Origin: Terriglobia bacterium
GTDB taxonomy: Bacteria > Acidobacteriota > Polarisedimenticolia > Polarisedimenticolales > JAIQFR01
Direction of reading: 5' to 3'
Assembly: GCA_020073205.1 (NCBI GenBank)
Contig: JAIQFR010000012.1
Span: forward strand, 747 to 64,746
Length of the DNA stretch: 64,000 nucleotides
Both the position numbers and the translations under genes were made by a program. A model generated the notes under the pieces. That model was not told the origin of the DNA. It searched no databases and worked only from the letters and a program-made list of their open reading frames with translations. Positions 28,116 to 37,660 of the stretch are shown here, piece by piece; positions within the stretch are counted from its first letter, which is position 1; every line of letters begins with the position of its first letter.

Positions 28116-29075
28116 GTGATCGCGGTCGAAGGCCTGACCAAACGTTTCGTGGACCGGGACGCGGTCGCCAACGTGTCCTTCTTCGTGCCGGAGGGGGAGG
28201 TGCTCGGCTTCCTCGGCCCCAACGGCGCCGGCAAGACGACCACCATGCGGATGATCACCGGCTTCCTGCCGGCGACGTCCGGCAGCGTCCGCGTCGCCGG
28301 GATCGACCTCGCGCGCGACCCCCTCGGCGTGCGGGCCCGGATCGGCTACCTCCCCGAGAACGTGGCGCTCTACCCCGAGATGCGGGTCTCGGAGTACCTG
28401 CGCTTCCGGGCCGCCATCGAGGGGGTGCCGCGGAAGGATGTCGCCGCGCGGGTCGACGACGCCTCCGGCCGCACGATGATCGGCGACGTGCGGCGTCAGC
28501 TGATCGGCACTCTCTCGAAGGGTTACCGCCAGCGCGTCGGCCTCGCCAGCACGCTCTTGCACCGACCGCCGGTGCTGATCCTCGACGAGCCGACGGTGGG
28601 GCTCGACCCGCGCCAGATCGTCAACATCCGCGAGCTGATCGTCGCGCTGGGGAAGGACCACACGGTGATCCTCTCGACGCACATCCTCCCCGAGGTCGAG
28701 CAGGTGTGCCGACGGGTGCTGATCATCGACGAGGGCAAGCTGATCGCCGACGGCACGCCGGAGCAGCTGCGCACCGGCCTCGCCGGCGCCGCCGAGGTGG
28801 TCACGGAGCTCGACGCCCCCGAGGCGGACGCCCGCGCCGCGCTCGAGCGGCTCCCCGGCGTCGGCGCCGTGCGCGCGGACGGCCCCGGCCGATTCCGCCT
28901 CTCGGTCGAGGGGGGCGGCGACCTGCGCCGCGCGGTGTTCTCCCTCGCGGTCGAGAAAGGATGGGTGCTGCTCGAGCTGAGCCAAACCGTTCCGTCGCTC
29001 GAGGACATCTTCCTGCGCCTGACCACCCGCGACGCCGCGGCGCCCGAGGCGGCGGCGGAGGTGGCCCGTGCGTAA
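28116..29075 (+). CDS. ABC transporter ATP-binding protein (GldA-like, ABC-2 type)
   Basis: GTG 28116 with GGGAGG 6 nt upstream, inside listed ORF 28005..29075. Walker A GPNGAGKTT, signature LSKGYRQR, Walker B ILILDEP. Confidence 0.92.
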   Translation: MIAVEGLTKRFVDRDAVANVSFFVPEGEVLGFLGPNGAGKTTTMRMITGFLPATSGSVRVAGIDLARDPLGVRARIGYLPENVALYPEMRVSEYLRFRAAIEGVPRKDVAARVDDASGRTMIGDVRRQLIGTLSKGYRQRVGLASTLLHRPPVLILDEPTVGLDPRQIVNIRELIVALGKDHTVILSTHILPEVEQVCRRVLIIDEGKLIADGTPEQLRTGLAGAAEVVTELDAPEADARAALERLPGVGAVRADGPGRFRLSVEGGGDLRRAVFSLAVEKGWVLLELSQTVPSLEDIFLRLTTRDAAAPEAAAEVARA

Positions 29076-29808
29076 GAGCCTGGCACTCGTCCGGCGCGAG
29101 CTCACGGCGTACTTCTCGTCGCCGCTCGCCTACGTGGTGCTGACCGCGTTCCTGTTCTTCAACGGGTACGTGTTCTGGCTGATCATCGCATTCCTCAACG
29201 ACCCGCGCACGCAGGCGATGGCGCCGCTCAGGCTGATGTTCGGCGGCACGCTCTTCTTCTGGCTGCTCCTGCTGTTCGTGGTGCCGGTGATCACCATGCG
29301 GCTGCTCGCCGAGGAGCGCCGCACCGGCACCCTAGAGGTGCTGCTCACCTCGCCGGTGAGCGAGGGCCAGGTGGTGATCGCGAAGTTCGTCGCGGCGCTG
29401 ATCTTCTACCTGTTCCTCTGGCTACCGACGGTGGTCTACGTGCTCATCCTCGGCAGCTACTCGAGCATCGACCCGGGGCCGGTGGGAGCGGGCTACCTGG
29501 GCATCGCTCTCTTGGGCGTCCTGTTCGCCGCCATCGGTTTGCTGACCTCGGCGCTCACGCGGAACCAGATCGTCGCCGCGATCTTCGCGTTCGCGCTCCT
29601 GATGGTGCTGTTCTCGATCGGGCTGCTCGAGCAGCTCGCCACATCTCCGTCGCTCAAGAGCGCGCTCTCCTACATGAACCTCTGGGACCACATGGACGAC
29701 TTCGCGCGCGGCCTCGTCGACACCCGCCACGTCGTCTACGACCTCAGCCTCGCAGGGCTGTTCCTCTTCCTCGCGACCAAGGCCCTCGAGGCCAAGAAGT
29801 GGAGGTGA
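29068..29808 (+). CDS. ABC-2 type transporter permease (GldF-like)
   Basis: GTG start overlaps the ATPase gene by 8 nt. It has six hydrophobic segments, and the EERRTGTLEVLLTSP motif is typical of ABC-2 permeases. Confidence 0.88.
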   Translation: MRKSLALVRRELTAYFSSPLAYVVLTAFLFFNGYVFWLIIAFLNDPRTQAMAPLRLMFGGTLFFWLLLLFVVPVITMRLLAEERRTGTLEVLLTSPVSEGQVVIAKFVAALIFYLFLWLPTVVYVLILGSYSSIDPGPVGAGYLGIALLGVLFAAIGLLTSALTRNQIVAAIFAFALLMVLFSIGLLEQLATSPSLKSALSYMNLWDHMDDFARGLVDTRHVVYDLSLAGLFLFLATKALEAKKWR

Positions 29809-29811
29809 GCG

Positions 29812-31245
29812 GTGAAGAAGGAGACCGTCGTCACCACCTCGGCGACCGCCGTCGCCGTCGTCCTCGCCGTCGTCCTCACCGGGATGGTCAACTGGCTCGG
29901 CTTCCGCCACTACGCGCGCGGCGACTGGACGAGGTCGCGGATCTACTCCCTCTCCGGGAAGACCCTGGGCGTGCTCAAGGGGGTCGCCTCCGAGGTCGAC
30001 GCGGTCGTCTTCATGACCCCGTCGACGCCGCTCTACGCCGAGGTCAAGGAGCTGCTCGAGCGCTACCAGGCCGAGGCGCCGAAGCTGAAGGTCGAGTTCA
30101 TCGATCCCGAGCGCGACCCGCTCCGGACCCGCAAGCTCGTCCAGGACTTCGGCGTTTCCGCCCCCAACACGGTGGTGTTCTCGTCCGCCGGCCGGAAGAA
30201 GTACGTGACCTCCGACGAGCTCGCCGATTACGACTATTCCGGGATGCAGCTCGGGCAGCAGCCCAGGATGACGGGGTTCAAGGGCGAGGAGCAGTTCACC
30301 GCCGCGATCCTGGGGGTCGCGAACCCGAAGCAGCCGAAGATCTACTTCTCGACCGGCCACGGGGAGCGCGATCTCGGCGGGACGGCGGAGGACGGCCTCT
30401 CGCAGTTCAAGGAGGCGCTCAAGCGGGACAACCTCGACGCCGGGACCGTCAGCCTGCTCAAGGGGAAGGTGCCGGCCGACTGCGACCTCTTGGTGATCGC
30501 CGGCCCCGGCGCGCCGTTCGCCGATCTCGAGCGCGCGGCCGTCAGGGCGTACCTCGATCGGGGGGGGCGCGTGCTGATCCTGCTCGACCCGGTGCTCGGG
30601 GCGAAGGCCCGACCCTCGGGGCTCGAGGACCTCGTCAAGGCCTACGGCGTGCAGTTCGACGACGACCTCGTCGTCGATCCCGACAAGGCGGTGCCGTTCG
30701 TCGGCCTCTCGACCGTGTTCGCCGACGAGTTCCGCAGCCACCCGGTGGTCGACTCCATGAAGGGGCTGGCGGTGGTGCTGCCGGTGACCCGCTCGGTGAC
30801 CACCGCCACCGCCGACGGCGCGACGTCGACGCAGCTCCTCACGACCTCCGCGGGAGGGTGGGGCGAGCGCGATCTCGCCGCGGTGGAGGCGGGCAGGGGG
30901 ATCAAGAAGGACCCGACCGACGTCCAGGGCCCGGTGCCCCTGGGCGTGGCGGCCGAGTCGGCGAAGGACAGGAAGAACGGCTTCAGGCTGGTGGCCTTCG
31001 GGAACTCGTACTTCGTCTCCAACGGGGAGGTCTCCAACGCCGGCAACCTCAACCTGGCCCTGAACTCGGTGAACTGGCTGGCCCGGCGGGAGGAATCGCT
31101 CGGCATCGCGCCGCGCGCGCCGGAGCAGGTGCAACTCCTCCTGTCGCGCGGGCAGATGCGCTCCATCACCCTGATCTCGCTGCTCGGACTGCCGGGGATG
31201 GCGATCGTGCTCGGGGCCGCGGTCTGGTGGCGGCGGCGGCGGTAG
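29812..31245 (+). CDS. GldG-like ABC transporter auxiliary protein
   Basis: N- and C-terminal TM anchors flank a large soluble domain (IYFSTGHGERDL). Position after the ABC-2 permease matches the gldAFG arrangement. Confidence 0.8.
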   Translation: MKKETVVTTSATAVAVVLAVVLTGMVNWLGFRHYARGDWTRSRIYSLSGKTLGVLKGVASEVDAVVFMTPSTPLYAEVKELLERYQAEAPKLKVEFIDPERDPLRTRKLVQDFGVSAPNTVVFSSAGRKKYVTSDELADYDYSGMQLGQQPRMTGFKGEEQFTAAILGVANPKQPKIYFSTGHGERDLGGTAEDGLSQFKEALKRDNLDAGTVSLLKGKVPADCDLLVIAGPGAPFADLERAAVRAYLDRGGRVLILLDPVLGAKARPSGLEDLVKAYGVQFDDDLVVDPDKAVPFVGLSTVFADEFRSHPVVDSMKGLAVVLPVTRSVTTATADGATSTQLLTTSAGGWGERDLAAVEAGRGIKKDPTDVQGPVPLGVAAESAKDRKNGFRLVAFGNSYFVSNGEVSNAGNLNLALNSVNWLARREESLGIAPRAPEQVQLLLSRGQMRSITLISLLGLPGMAIVLGAAVWWRRRR

Positions 31246-31254
31246 GAGTCCGCG

Positions 31255-32583
31255 ATGCGTCTCCTAAGGCTCGCCGTCCTCGCGGTCGTGGTGCTCTCCC
31301 TCGGCGCCTACATCTACTTCGTGGAGCGGCACGGCCCCTCCACCGACGAGTTCAAGCAGAGCCAGGACAAGCTGTTTCCTGGCCTGGACCCGGCGAAGAT
31401 CCGCCGCGTCGTGGTGACCCATCCGAAGGGCCGGTTCGATCTCGAGAAGGAGAACGGCTCCTGGAAGATCATGGCGCCGATCGCCGACGAGGCGAACGAC
31501 GGCGCCGTCACCGCCTTGCTTTCCTCGCTCGCAGGACTGAAGGCCGAGCGGACGCTGGCGGCGAAGGACGTCAAGCTCGGCGATTACGCGCTCGACAGGC
31601 CGGCGACGTCGGTCGTCGTCACCGACGACAAGGGCCAGGAGAGCACGCTCTCCCTCGGCGCCGAGATGCCGCTCGGCAACACCCGAGCCGCTCGAACCCG
31701 TGGCGACACGGTCTACGTGATCGCCAGGACCATCGCCACCGACGTCGAGAAGGACCTGTCGGGGTGGCGCTCCAACGCCCTCGTAAGGGTCGACGCGGCC
31801 GACGTCGCGTCGCTCACCATCATGGACGCCCGCGGGCGGGTGGCGCTGGCGCGCGCGGGAAGGGAGTGGACGCTGACCGAGCCGGTCGCCGACCTCGCCG
31901 AGCGGGAGAAGGCCGACGACGTCGTCTCCGATCTCTCGGCGGCGCGGATCAAGGAGTTCGTCGACGCGCCGGGCGACCTCGGGACGCTCGGCCTCGAGCC
32001 GCCGCAGCTCGAGATCACCCTCGTCCGCAAGGACGGCAAACCGCCGGTCCAGCTCGCCTTCGGCAGCGAGCGCGAGAAGGACGGCACGAAGCAGCGCGCC
32101 TGCAAGCGCGCCGGGCGCGTCACCTGGGTCGACGCGACGGCCGCCGCCAAGGCGTCCACCGCCCTCGCCGATTGGCGGTCGAAGAAGCTCGTCCGCCTCG
32201 ACGCCTGGTCGGCGGACATAGTCGAGATCACGGCCGGCAAGGAGAAAGCGAGCGTCGAGCGCAAGGACGGCGTCTTCAAGGCGGGCAACGTGGAGGTGGA
32301 CGGCGACGCGGTTTCGAATCGCCTCGACATTCTGGCGGACATGACGGTGACCGCCTTCGACAGGCCCAAGCCGACCGGCGACGCAATGGGCCTCGTCAAG
32401 GTGACCGCGGGGGGCGGTGCCACGGTGGAGGCGACCTTCTACGCCGGCGCAGGCGCGGGCGAGTCGATCGCCGTCGTTCCCGGTCGCGCCGGTGCGCTCG
32501 CCGTGGACGGCGCCAAGGTGAAGGAGCTGCTCAGCGACCCGGCGTCGCTCTCGAAACCCAAGGCCGAGCCGAAGACGAAGTAG
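31255..32583 (+). CDS. DUF4340-like protein
   Basis: N-terminal anchor (LRLAVLAVVVLSLGAYIYF) followed by repeated beta-rich modules. DUF4340 proteins typically follow gldG-like genes. Confidence 0.7.
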   Translation: MRLLRLAVLAVVVLSLGAYIYFVERHGPSTDEFKQSQDKLFPGLDPAKIRRVVVTHPKGRFDLEKENGSWKIMAPIADEANDGAVTALLSSLAGLKAERTLAAKDVKLGDYALDRPATSVVVTDDKGQESTLSLGAEMPLGNTRAARTRGDTVYVIARTIATDVEKDLSGWRSNALVRVDAADVASLTIMDARGRVALARAGREWTLTEPVADLAEREKADDVVSDLSAARIKEFVDAPGDLGTLGLEPPQLEITLVRKDGKPPVQLAFGSEREKDGTKQRACKRAGRVTWVDATAAAKASTALADWRSKKLVRLDAWSADIVEITAGKEKASVERKDGVFKAGNVEVDGDAVSNRLDILADMTVTAFDRPKPTGDAMGLVKVTAGGGATVEATFYAGAGAGESIAVVPGRAGALAVDGAKVKELLSDPASLSKPKAEPKTK

Positions 32584-32807
32584 GCGTTCTCGCCCGGGAG
32601 ATCGCATGAACGGTCGAGGAGCGGATGCGGGCTGGCCAGCCCTTCGGGAGGGACAGGTTCCTGCCGACCGCAGCGTCGAGCATCAGCGGCCTCCCGGTGG
32701 GTGGGGTGGAGGCTGGGCTTCCCCCGATTTGGTGGACACCAGCGAATAGAACGGGTGCAACCGATCGATCCCCGCTCGCCACGGCATCCCTACGCGAACC
32801 CATCGCC

Positions 32808-33722
32808 TCAGCGTCGGAGCGTGAGCGTGTGCTTCATCTCCAGCCGCACCGGGAAGTAGGAGAGCTTCCCCTTGCGCAGCCCCGGGTCGCCGAGATCCTC
32901 CTCGCGGTTGATCAAGGTGAACCCCTGGCTCGCGATCACCCGGGCGGTCTCCCGGTTGATCACCTGGTAGAGGCCCTTCCGGCTCCTGAGCGCTCGCTCG
33001 AAGAAAACGACGGCCGTCGTCGGGTTGAGGCGGTCGAAGATCGAGAACGCCGAGGGTTCCCCCTCGACGCGTACGAGAAGGCCCTGGAGCCCCAGCGGTC
33101 CGAGATGGCGGAGGGCACGCTCGAGGGCCTGCGTCTCCTGAGCCAGCGTCACCGCGGATTCGGCGGTGCGCTTGCGCGCGATGTCGTCGCCGATCACCAG
33201 GCATTCCTCGACGTGCTCCGGACCGAGACGCTCGACGGACCAGGCGTAGAGCCTCGAGGCCTGGGCGAGCAGGTTGCGCTTCCCGGCGTAACGGCGGCCG
33301 CGGAGCTCGGCGAGGTCGGAGGCGGCGTAGACGTAGTTCGCCGCGTCCCGATTCGCGACGACGTCGAAGTGCGCGGCGAACGCAGCGTGCCGTTCCAGGA
33401 ACTCCGCGCTCACCGCTTCGATTCGCAGCGCTTCGGGAAGCTCGCCGGCGCACGAGAGGAGCGTCTCCTGGAGTTCCACGGGGAACGGGCCGACGGGCTG
33501 CAGGAGGCTCGGGGGACGTCCGGCCCCGGGGTCGGAGCCCACGAGGAGCGTGTCCGGCTCGACGACGACGTGGAGGTACCGGAAGACGGGCGCCCAAACG
33601 AAGAGCGAAGCGAAGCTGTAGTCGGAGAGCGGCTGAGCGTTTCGCGCCAAGAGATCCGCGAGGCGCGGGCGGTGCTCCATCTCGACGGGGACGAACCGAA
33701 GCCCCAGGAAGCCGGCGTCCAT
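32808..33722 (-). CDS. DUF2156-like protein (MprF C-terminal / aminoacyl-transferase-like fold)
   Basis: Listed ORF 32808..34427 was trimmed to ATG 33722 (MDAGFLGLRFVPV...). SDYSFASLFVW, GKRNLL and FERA...KGLYQ fit my recollection of DUF2156. The start overlaps the GNAT stop by 1 nt. Confidence 0.7.
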   Translation of the reverse strand: MDAGFLGLRFVPVEMEHRPRLADLLARNAQPLSDYSFASLFVWAPVFRYLHVVVEPDTLLVGSDPGAGRPPSLLQPVGPFPVELQETLLSCAGELPEALRIEAVSAEFLERHAAFAAHFDVVANRDAANYVYAASDLAELRGRRYAGKRNLLAQASRLYAWSVERLGPEHVEECLVIGDDIARKRTAESAVTLAQETQALERALRHLGPLGLQGLLVRVEGEPSAFSIFDRLNPTTAVVFFERALRSRKGLYQVINRETARVIASQGFTLINREEDLGDPGLRKGKLSYFPVRLEMKHTLTLRR

Positions 33723-34141
33723 CAGCCTCGCTTCTCGTAGAGCATCAGCTCGTGGCCGGCGCGCACGCGGTATCCCAGCGGCTCGTAGAACGCCCTCGTC
33801 CCGGGCTCGGCGACCAGGCCGATCCAGCCGATCCCGGCCTCGACGCACCGGTCGGTCAAGCGGCGGACGATTTCGAGGCCGATGCCGCGGGCGCGGTAGG
33901 CCTCGAGCACGACCACGTCCTGGAGGTACGCGTCGCTCGCCCCGTCCGAGATCACGCGGCCCATCCCGACGATGCGCCCCCCGGGCTCGCGCGCCACCAG
34001 GAATCGGAAGCTTCCGCTCACCATCCGGGGGATGACCGCGCGACTTGCCGGGTCCTCGTGCCACCAGCCGCCGGCCCGGTAGAGCTCGACGAGGGCCTCC
34101 GTCGGGGCGCTCGCGACGATCTCGTAGACGATATCCGACAT
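33722..34141 (-). CDS. GNAT family N-acetyltransferase
   Basis: The 139-aa product has the acetyl-CoA-binding motif VVLEAYRARGIGLEIV (Q/RxxGxG/A). Confidence 0.85.
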   Translation of the reverse strand: MSDIVYEIVASAPTEALVELYRAGGWWHEDPASRAVIPRMVSGSFRFLVAREPGGRIVGMGRVISDGASDAYLQDVVVLEAYRARGIGLEIVRRLTDRCVEAGIGWIGLVAEPGTRAFYEPLGYRVRAGHELMLYEKRG

Positions 34142-34258
34142 CGCTTGCCGTCTCCACGCGCCGTCGGCGCGTCCTCCGAGAGTCTACTCCGGGTGGATCG
34201 CCGGACCGCCGGTGGCGCAGCGGCCGTCCGCGTACAATTGTCACCGGAGGAACCGGGG

Positions 34259-34879
34259 ATGCGCGGCGCGCGAAAGCGACGGCCCGGTGGCGGCACGGCG
34301 GGCGCGGCCGCGTCCAGTGCCTTGCCGGCGTACGCGCGGATCGACCGGTCGCTTTCGGCCGGGGACCACCCGTACCTCCGGATCCTGCCCGAGGTCGCAG
34401 CGAGCCCGGCGCTGGAACGGATCGCACCGTCGGGAGCCGCCCGGACGCGGCTCCTCGAACGAGCGCGCGTCGAGATCCGCGACGTCCAAGGCTACGCCTT
34501 CGTGGACGACGAGGTGCCCTGCATTGTCGTGGCGGAGTGCTACTTCCGCGAGGGCACGCACCTCGACCTCTACCTGGATCTCCTTCACGAGATCACCCAC
34601 CTCCGCCAGCTCGAGGAAGGCTTCGATCTCTGGGACGAGCGGTTCGCTTACGTGGACCGGCCCACCGAGATCGAGGCGTACGCCGTCGCCATCGAGGAGG
34701 GGCGGCGCCTCGGCATGAACGACGCCGAGGTCATGACGCACGTCTCGAACCCGTGGATGACCCCGATGGAGGTCGCGCGGCTTCTCGGGCACGTGGGCGC
34801 TTTCCTGGAGACCGGGATGCTCGCCAACCTCGAGGCGGCGAAGCGGCCCGCTCCGCGCCGCTCGCGCCGTCCCTGGTGA
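34259..34879 (+). CDS. Hypothetical HExxH-motif protein (putative metallopeptidase-like)
   Basis: ATG 34259 with GGAGG upstream, inside listed ORF 33752..34879. It contains LLHEITHLRQ followed by EIEAY. Confidence 0.6.
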   Translation: MRGARKRRPGGGTAGAAASSALPAYARIDRSLSAGDHPYLRILPEVAASPALERIAPSGAARTRLLERARVEIRDVQGYAFVDDEVPCIVVAECYFREGTHLDLYLDLLHEITHLRQLEEGFDLWDERFAYVDRPTEIEAYAVAIEEGRRLGMNDAEVMTHVSNPWMTPMEVARLLGHVGAFLETGMLANLEAAKRPAPRRSRRPW

Positions 34880-34929
34880 CCCGCGCGATCAGCGATGAGG
34901 AAGACGCCGGTCCCGAGAAGCGTCCCGGG

Positions 34930-35832
34930 TCAATTCGCGGAGGGTGTCCAGGCTCCAGACGGCTCGAGGATCCGCGCAAGGACGGCCTCGAGCCTCGGGC
35001 GGTAGCGATGCGCGAGGATCGCGAGGAGCGGCGGGAGCGCGCACGCCGCGAGGAACAGGAGCGCGACGGCGCCAAGACTGGTGTGGAGGTAGTCGTCCGC
35101 GAGGCGGCTGAAGTCCATCCAGTGGCCGCCGCCCTTCGCCTCCTCGTAGATCGCGCGCTCGAGCGGGCTCCCGAGAAGGCGCAGCGCGAACCGCACGTCG
35201 AACAGCAGCGTGAAGATCGCGACGAACGCGTAGGCCGGCCGCTCCGCGCGCGCCACGAGGCCCTCGCCGGACAGTGCGCGGTGCAGGAAGATCCCGGCGA
35301 ACACCAGCTCGCTGCCGTGTCCCATGAAGAGGACCACCGCCTCGTGCCCCCTCGTCCAGGCCAGGAGCGAGTAGAGCGCGGTCGCGGCCGCAAGGACCGC
35401 GAGGGCGACGCGGCGGCCGCGGAGGAGCCAGCCGCCGAGCGCGATGGCGGCGTACACCAGGACCACGAGCGCCGCCTGCCGGTCCTGATGCATCGTGACC
35501 CCGCCGCCGTACGAGAAGTCGAAAGCCGGGACGGAGGGGTAGCCGAAGATCCAGCCGGCGGCGGCGTGCCCCAGCTCGTGGAGCAAGACGAGGAAGTACG
35601 AGAACACGAAGCTCGTGAACGGCACGAGGAACACCACGATCGCCGCGCCCGCGCCGATTCCCAGCGCCCTCCACCCGTCCCCGTCGATGGGGCGGACGTC
35701 GCTCCCGGCCGCCGCCGGCCCGGGAGCCCGAGGACCGGGTCCCGCCCCCTCGAACCTCGCGAACACGATCCCGCAGCGCGGGCACTCGGCCCCGCCTTCG
35801 GGCTGCTCGAATCCGCACTTGGGGCAGTACAA
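34930..35832 (-). CDS. Zinc-ribbon-containing polytopic membrane metalloprotease-like protein (HExxH within a TM helix, M50/S2P-like)
   Basis: The N-terminus has CPKCG...CPRCG. This is followed by TM helices, one containing LLHELGHAAAG. Confidence 0.7.
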   Translation of the reverse strand: MYCPKCGFEQPEGGAECPRCGIVFARFEGAGPGPRAPGPAAAGSDVRPIDGDGWRALGIGAGAAIVVFLVPFTSFVFSYFLVLLHELGHAAAGWIFGYPSVPAFDFSYGGGVTMHQDRQAALVVLVYAAIALGGWLLRGRRVALAVLAAATALYSLLAWTRGHEAVVLFMGHGSELVFAGIFLHRALSGEGLVARAERPAYAFVAIFTLLFDVRFALRLLGSPLERAIYEEAKGGGHWMDFSRLADDYLHTSLGAVALLFLAACALPPLLAILAHRYRPRLEAVLARILEPSGAWTPSAN

Positions 35833-35979
35833 CCGAGAGGCCTCCGGGACGTGGACAGAACTTAGGCTCCCGAGAAACGACCGGCAACCGAGGGGCCGGT
35901 CGCGGACGCGCTTGCCCGCGGCGGCGAAACGGGTTAGCGTGCCCGTCGTTCGCGGAGCGCGCTCCCTCGGAAACGTGCG

Positions 35980-36903
35980 ATGCCCGAGCTACCCGACATC
36001 GTCGTCTACGTCGAACGGCTCGAGGCCAGGATCCTCGGCCGTGTGCTCGAGCGGGTGCGCCTCAAGAGCCCGTTCCTGCTTCGCACGGTGACTCCTTCCG
36101 TCCGCGAGGCCGAGGGACGGACGGTCGTGCGCCTCGGACGGTTCGGGAAGAGGATCGCGATCGGGCTCGAGGGCGACCTCCACCTCGTGATCCACCTGAT
36201 GATCGCGGGGCGGCTGCGCTTCCGCAAGGCGGGCGCGGCGGTTCCCGGGAAACTCGGCCTCGCGGCGCTCGATTTCCCGACCGGTACGCTCCTCCTCACC
36301 GAGGCGGCGAGCAAGAAACGGGCCTCGCTCCACCTGGTCCAGGGTCAGGCGGCGCTCGCGGCGCTCGACGCGGGAGGTCTCGAAGTTCTGGAGACCGACC
36401 TCGCGGCGTTCGAAGGCGCCCTCGCCCGCGAGAGCCACACGCTGAAGCGCGCGCTCACCGATCCTCGCCTCTTCAGCGGAATCGGGAACGCGTACTCCGA
36501 CGAGATCCTCCACCGGGCGCGGCTGTCGCCGATGAAACTCAGCGGAAGCCTCGACGCCGAGGAGACCGAGCGGCTCTGGCGGTCCGCCCGGGAGACGCTC
36601 CTCGAGTGGACGGACCGCCTCCGCCTCAAGGCGGGCGACGGATTCCCCGAGAAGGTCACCGCGTTCCACGAGGAGATGGCGGTCCACGGCCGGTACGGGA
36701 AGCCGTGCCCCGCGTGCGGGACCCGAGTGCAGCGGATCGTCTACGCCGAGAACGAGGCGAACTATTGCCCCACCTGCCAGACCGGCGGACGGCTCCTCGC
36801 GGACCGCGCCCTCTCCCGTCTCCTGAGGGGGGACTGGCCTAGGACCCTGGAGGAGCTGGAGGCGGGGCGGGCGCCTACCAGCTCACGACCCGAGACGTCG
36901 TGA
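35980..36903 (+). CDS. Fpg/Nei family DNA glycosylase / AP lyase
   Basis: N-terminal MPELPD, the H2TH region [16 protein letters not shown] and the C-terminal zinc finger CPACG...CPTCQ. Confidence 0.9.
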   Translation: MPELPDIVVYVERLEARILGRVLERVRLKSPFLLRTVTPSVREAEGRTVVRLGRFGKRIAIGLEGDLHLVIHLMIAGRLRFRKAGAAVPGKLGLAALDFPTGTLLLTEAASKKRASLHLVQGQAALAALDAGGLEVLETDLAAFEGALARESHTLKRALTDPRLFSGIGNAYSDEILHRARLSPMKLSGSLDAEETERLWRSARETLLEWTDRLRLKAGDGFPEKVTAFHEEMAVHGRYGKPCPACGTRVQRIVYAENEANYCPTCQTGGRLLADRALSRLLRGDWPRTLEELEAGRAPTSSRPETS

Positions 36904-36969
36904 AGTTCGCACCCACGGCGCCGAGGCCCGCCGTGTGCCACAATCGGAGCGCGAGCTCGAGGAGCCGCG

Positions 36970-37647
36970 ATGCCGCGTACGCCCCGCCTGCTGATCATCG
37001 ATCCGTCGGTCGCGTTCCCCGAGGACGAGGGCGCGGCCGAGGCGGCGCGCGGCTGGCCGGGAGAGGTCCGCGTGCTCCGGCCGGCGCTCCGGCCGGGGGA
37101 CGGCCCGCGGCCGGGGGACGGGTACGAGGCCGACGGGATCGTCCTCCTGGGCTCGCGCGCCTCGGCGAACGACGACCTCCCCTGGCTACGGGATCTCGGC
37201 GCCTGGCTCCTTCCGGTCCTTCGCGGCGAAATGCCGCTCCCCCTCCTCGGGATCTGCTTCGGGCACCAGCTCGTCGGGAAGCTCGCGGGAGGGACCGTGG
37301 GCTACCTGCACGAGGACCGGCACGCGGAGCTGGGCGTCCGCGAGTCGATTCTCGACGGCAGCCGCCTGCTCCCCGACACGCTCCGGATGCGGGTCGTCGC
37401 CTCCCACGGCGAAGAGGTCAAGGAGCTGCCGCCGGGGTACCGGATCGTCGCGCGCCGGCCTCCCCTGGTCACCGACGGGCTCGAACACCAGCGGCTTCCG
37501 ATCTTCACCGTCCAGTTCCATCCCGAGGCGCGGCAGAGATTCCTGACCCGCCGGGGGGCCGACCCCTCGGGGCTCGACGCGGTAGCGATCGTGGACAACG
37601 ATCGCCTGCTCGACGCGTTCCGGCGCCTCGCGCTCGCCCCGGGCTAG
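36970..37647 (+). CDS. Class I glutamine amidotransferase-like protein
   Basis: Nucleophile elbow GICFGHQ and QFHPE (His/Glu of the triad). Confidence 0.85.
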   Translation: MPRTPRLLIIDPSVAFPEDEGAAEAARGWPGEVRVLRPALRPGDGPRPGDGYEADGIVLLGSRASANDDLPWLRDLGAWLLPVLRGEMPLPLLGICFGHQLVGKLAGGTVGYLHEDRHAELGVRESILDGSRLLPDTLRMRVVASHGEEVKELPPGYRIVARRPPLVTDGLEHQRLPIFTVQFHPEARQRFLTRRGADPSGLDAVAIVDNDRLLDAFRRLALAPG

Positions 37648-37660
37648 CCGCCGCACCCAG

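Noticed and set aside
29799-32609. 936-aa plus-strand ORF overlapping the gldG-like and DUF4340-like genes in another frame
   Set aside because: It is extremely Arg/Gly/Pro-rich. The alternative frames give two proteins with TM anchors and normal composition, in the canonical gldAFG context.
32584-32807. 224-bp convergent gap after the DUF4340-like gene, examined for an sRNA, small ORF or terminator (palindrome GGGCTGGCCAGCCC at 32629..32642)
   Set aside because: It has only short stems, no promoter-like element and no credible small ORF. The listed ORFs 32531..32803(-) and 32625..33740(+) are low-complexity or antisense. Evidence is insufficient.
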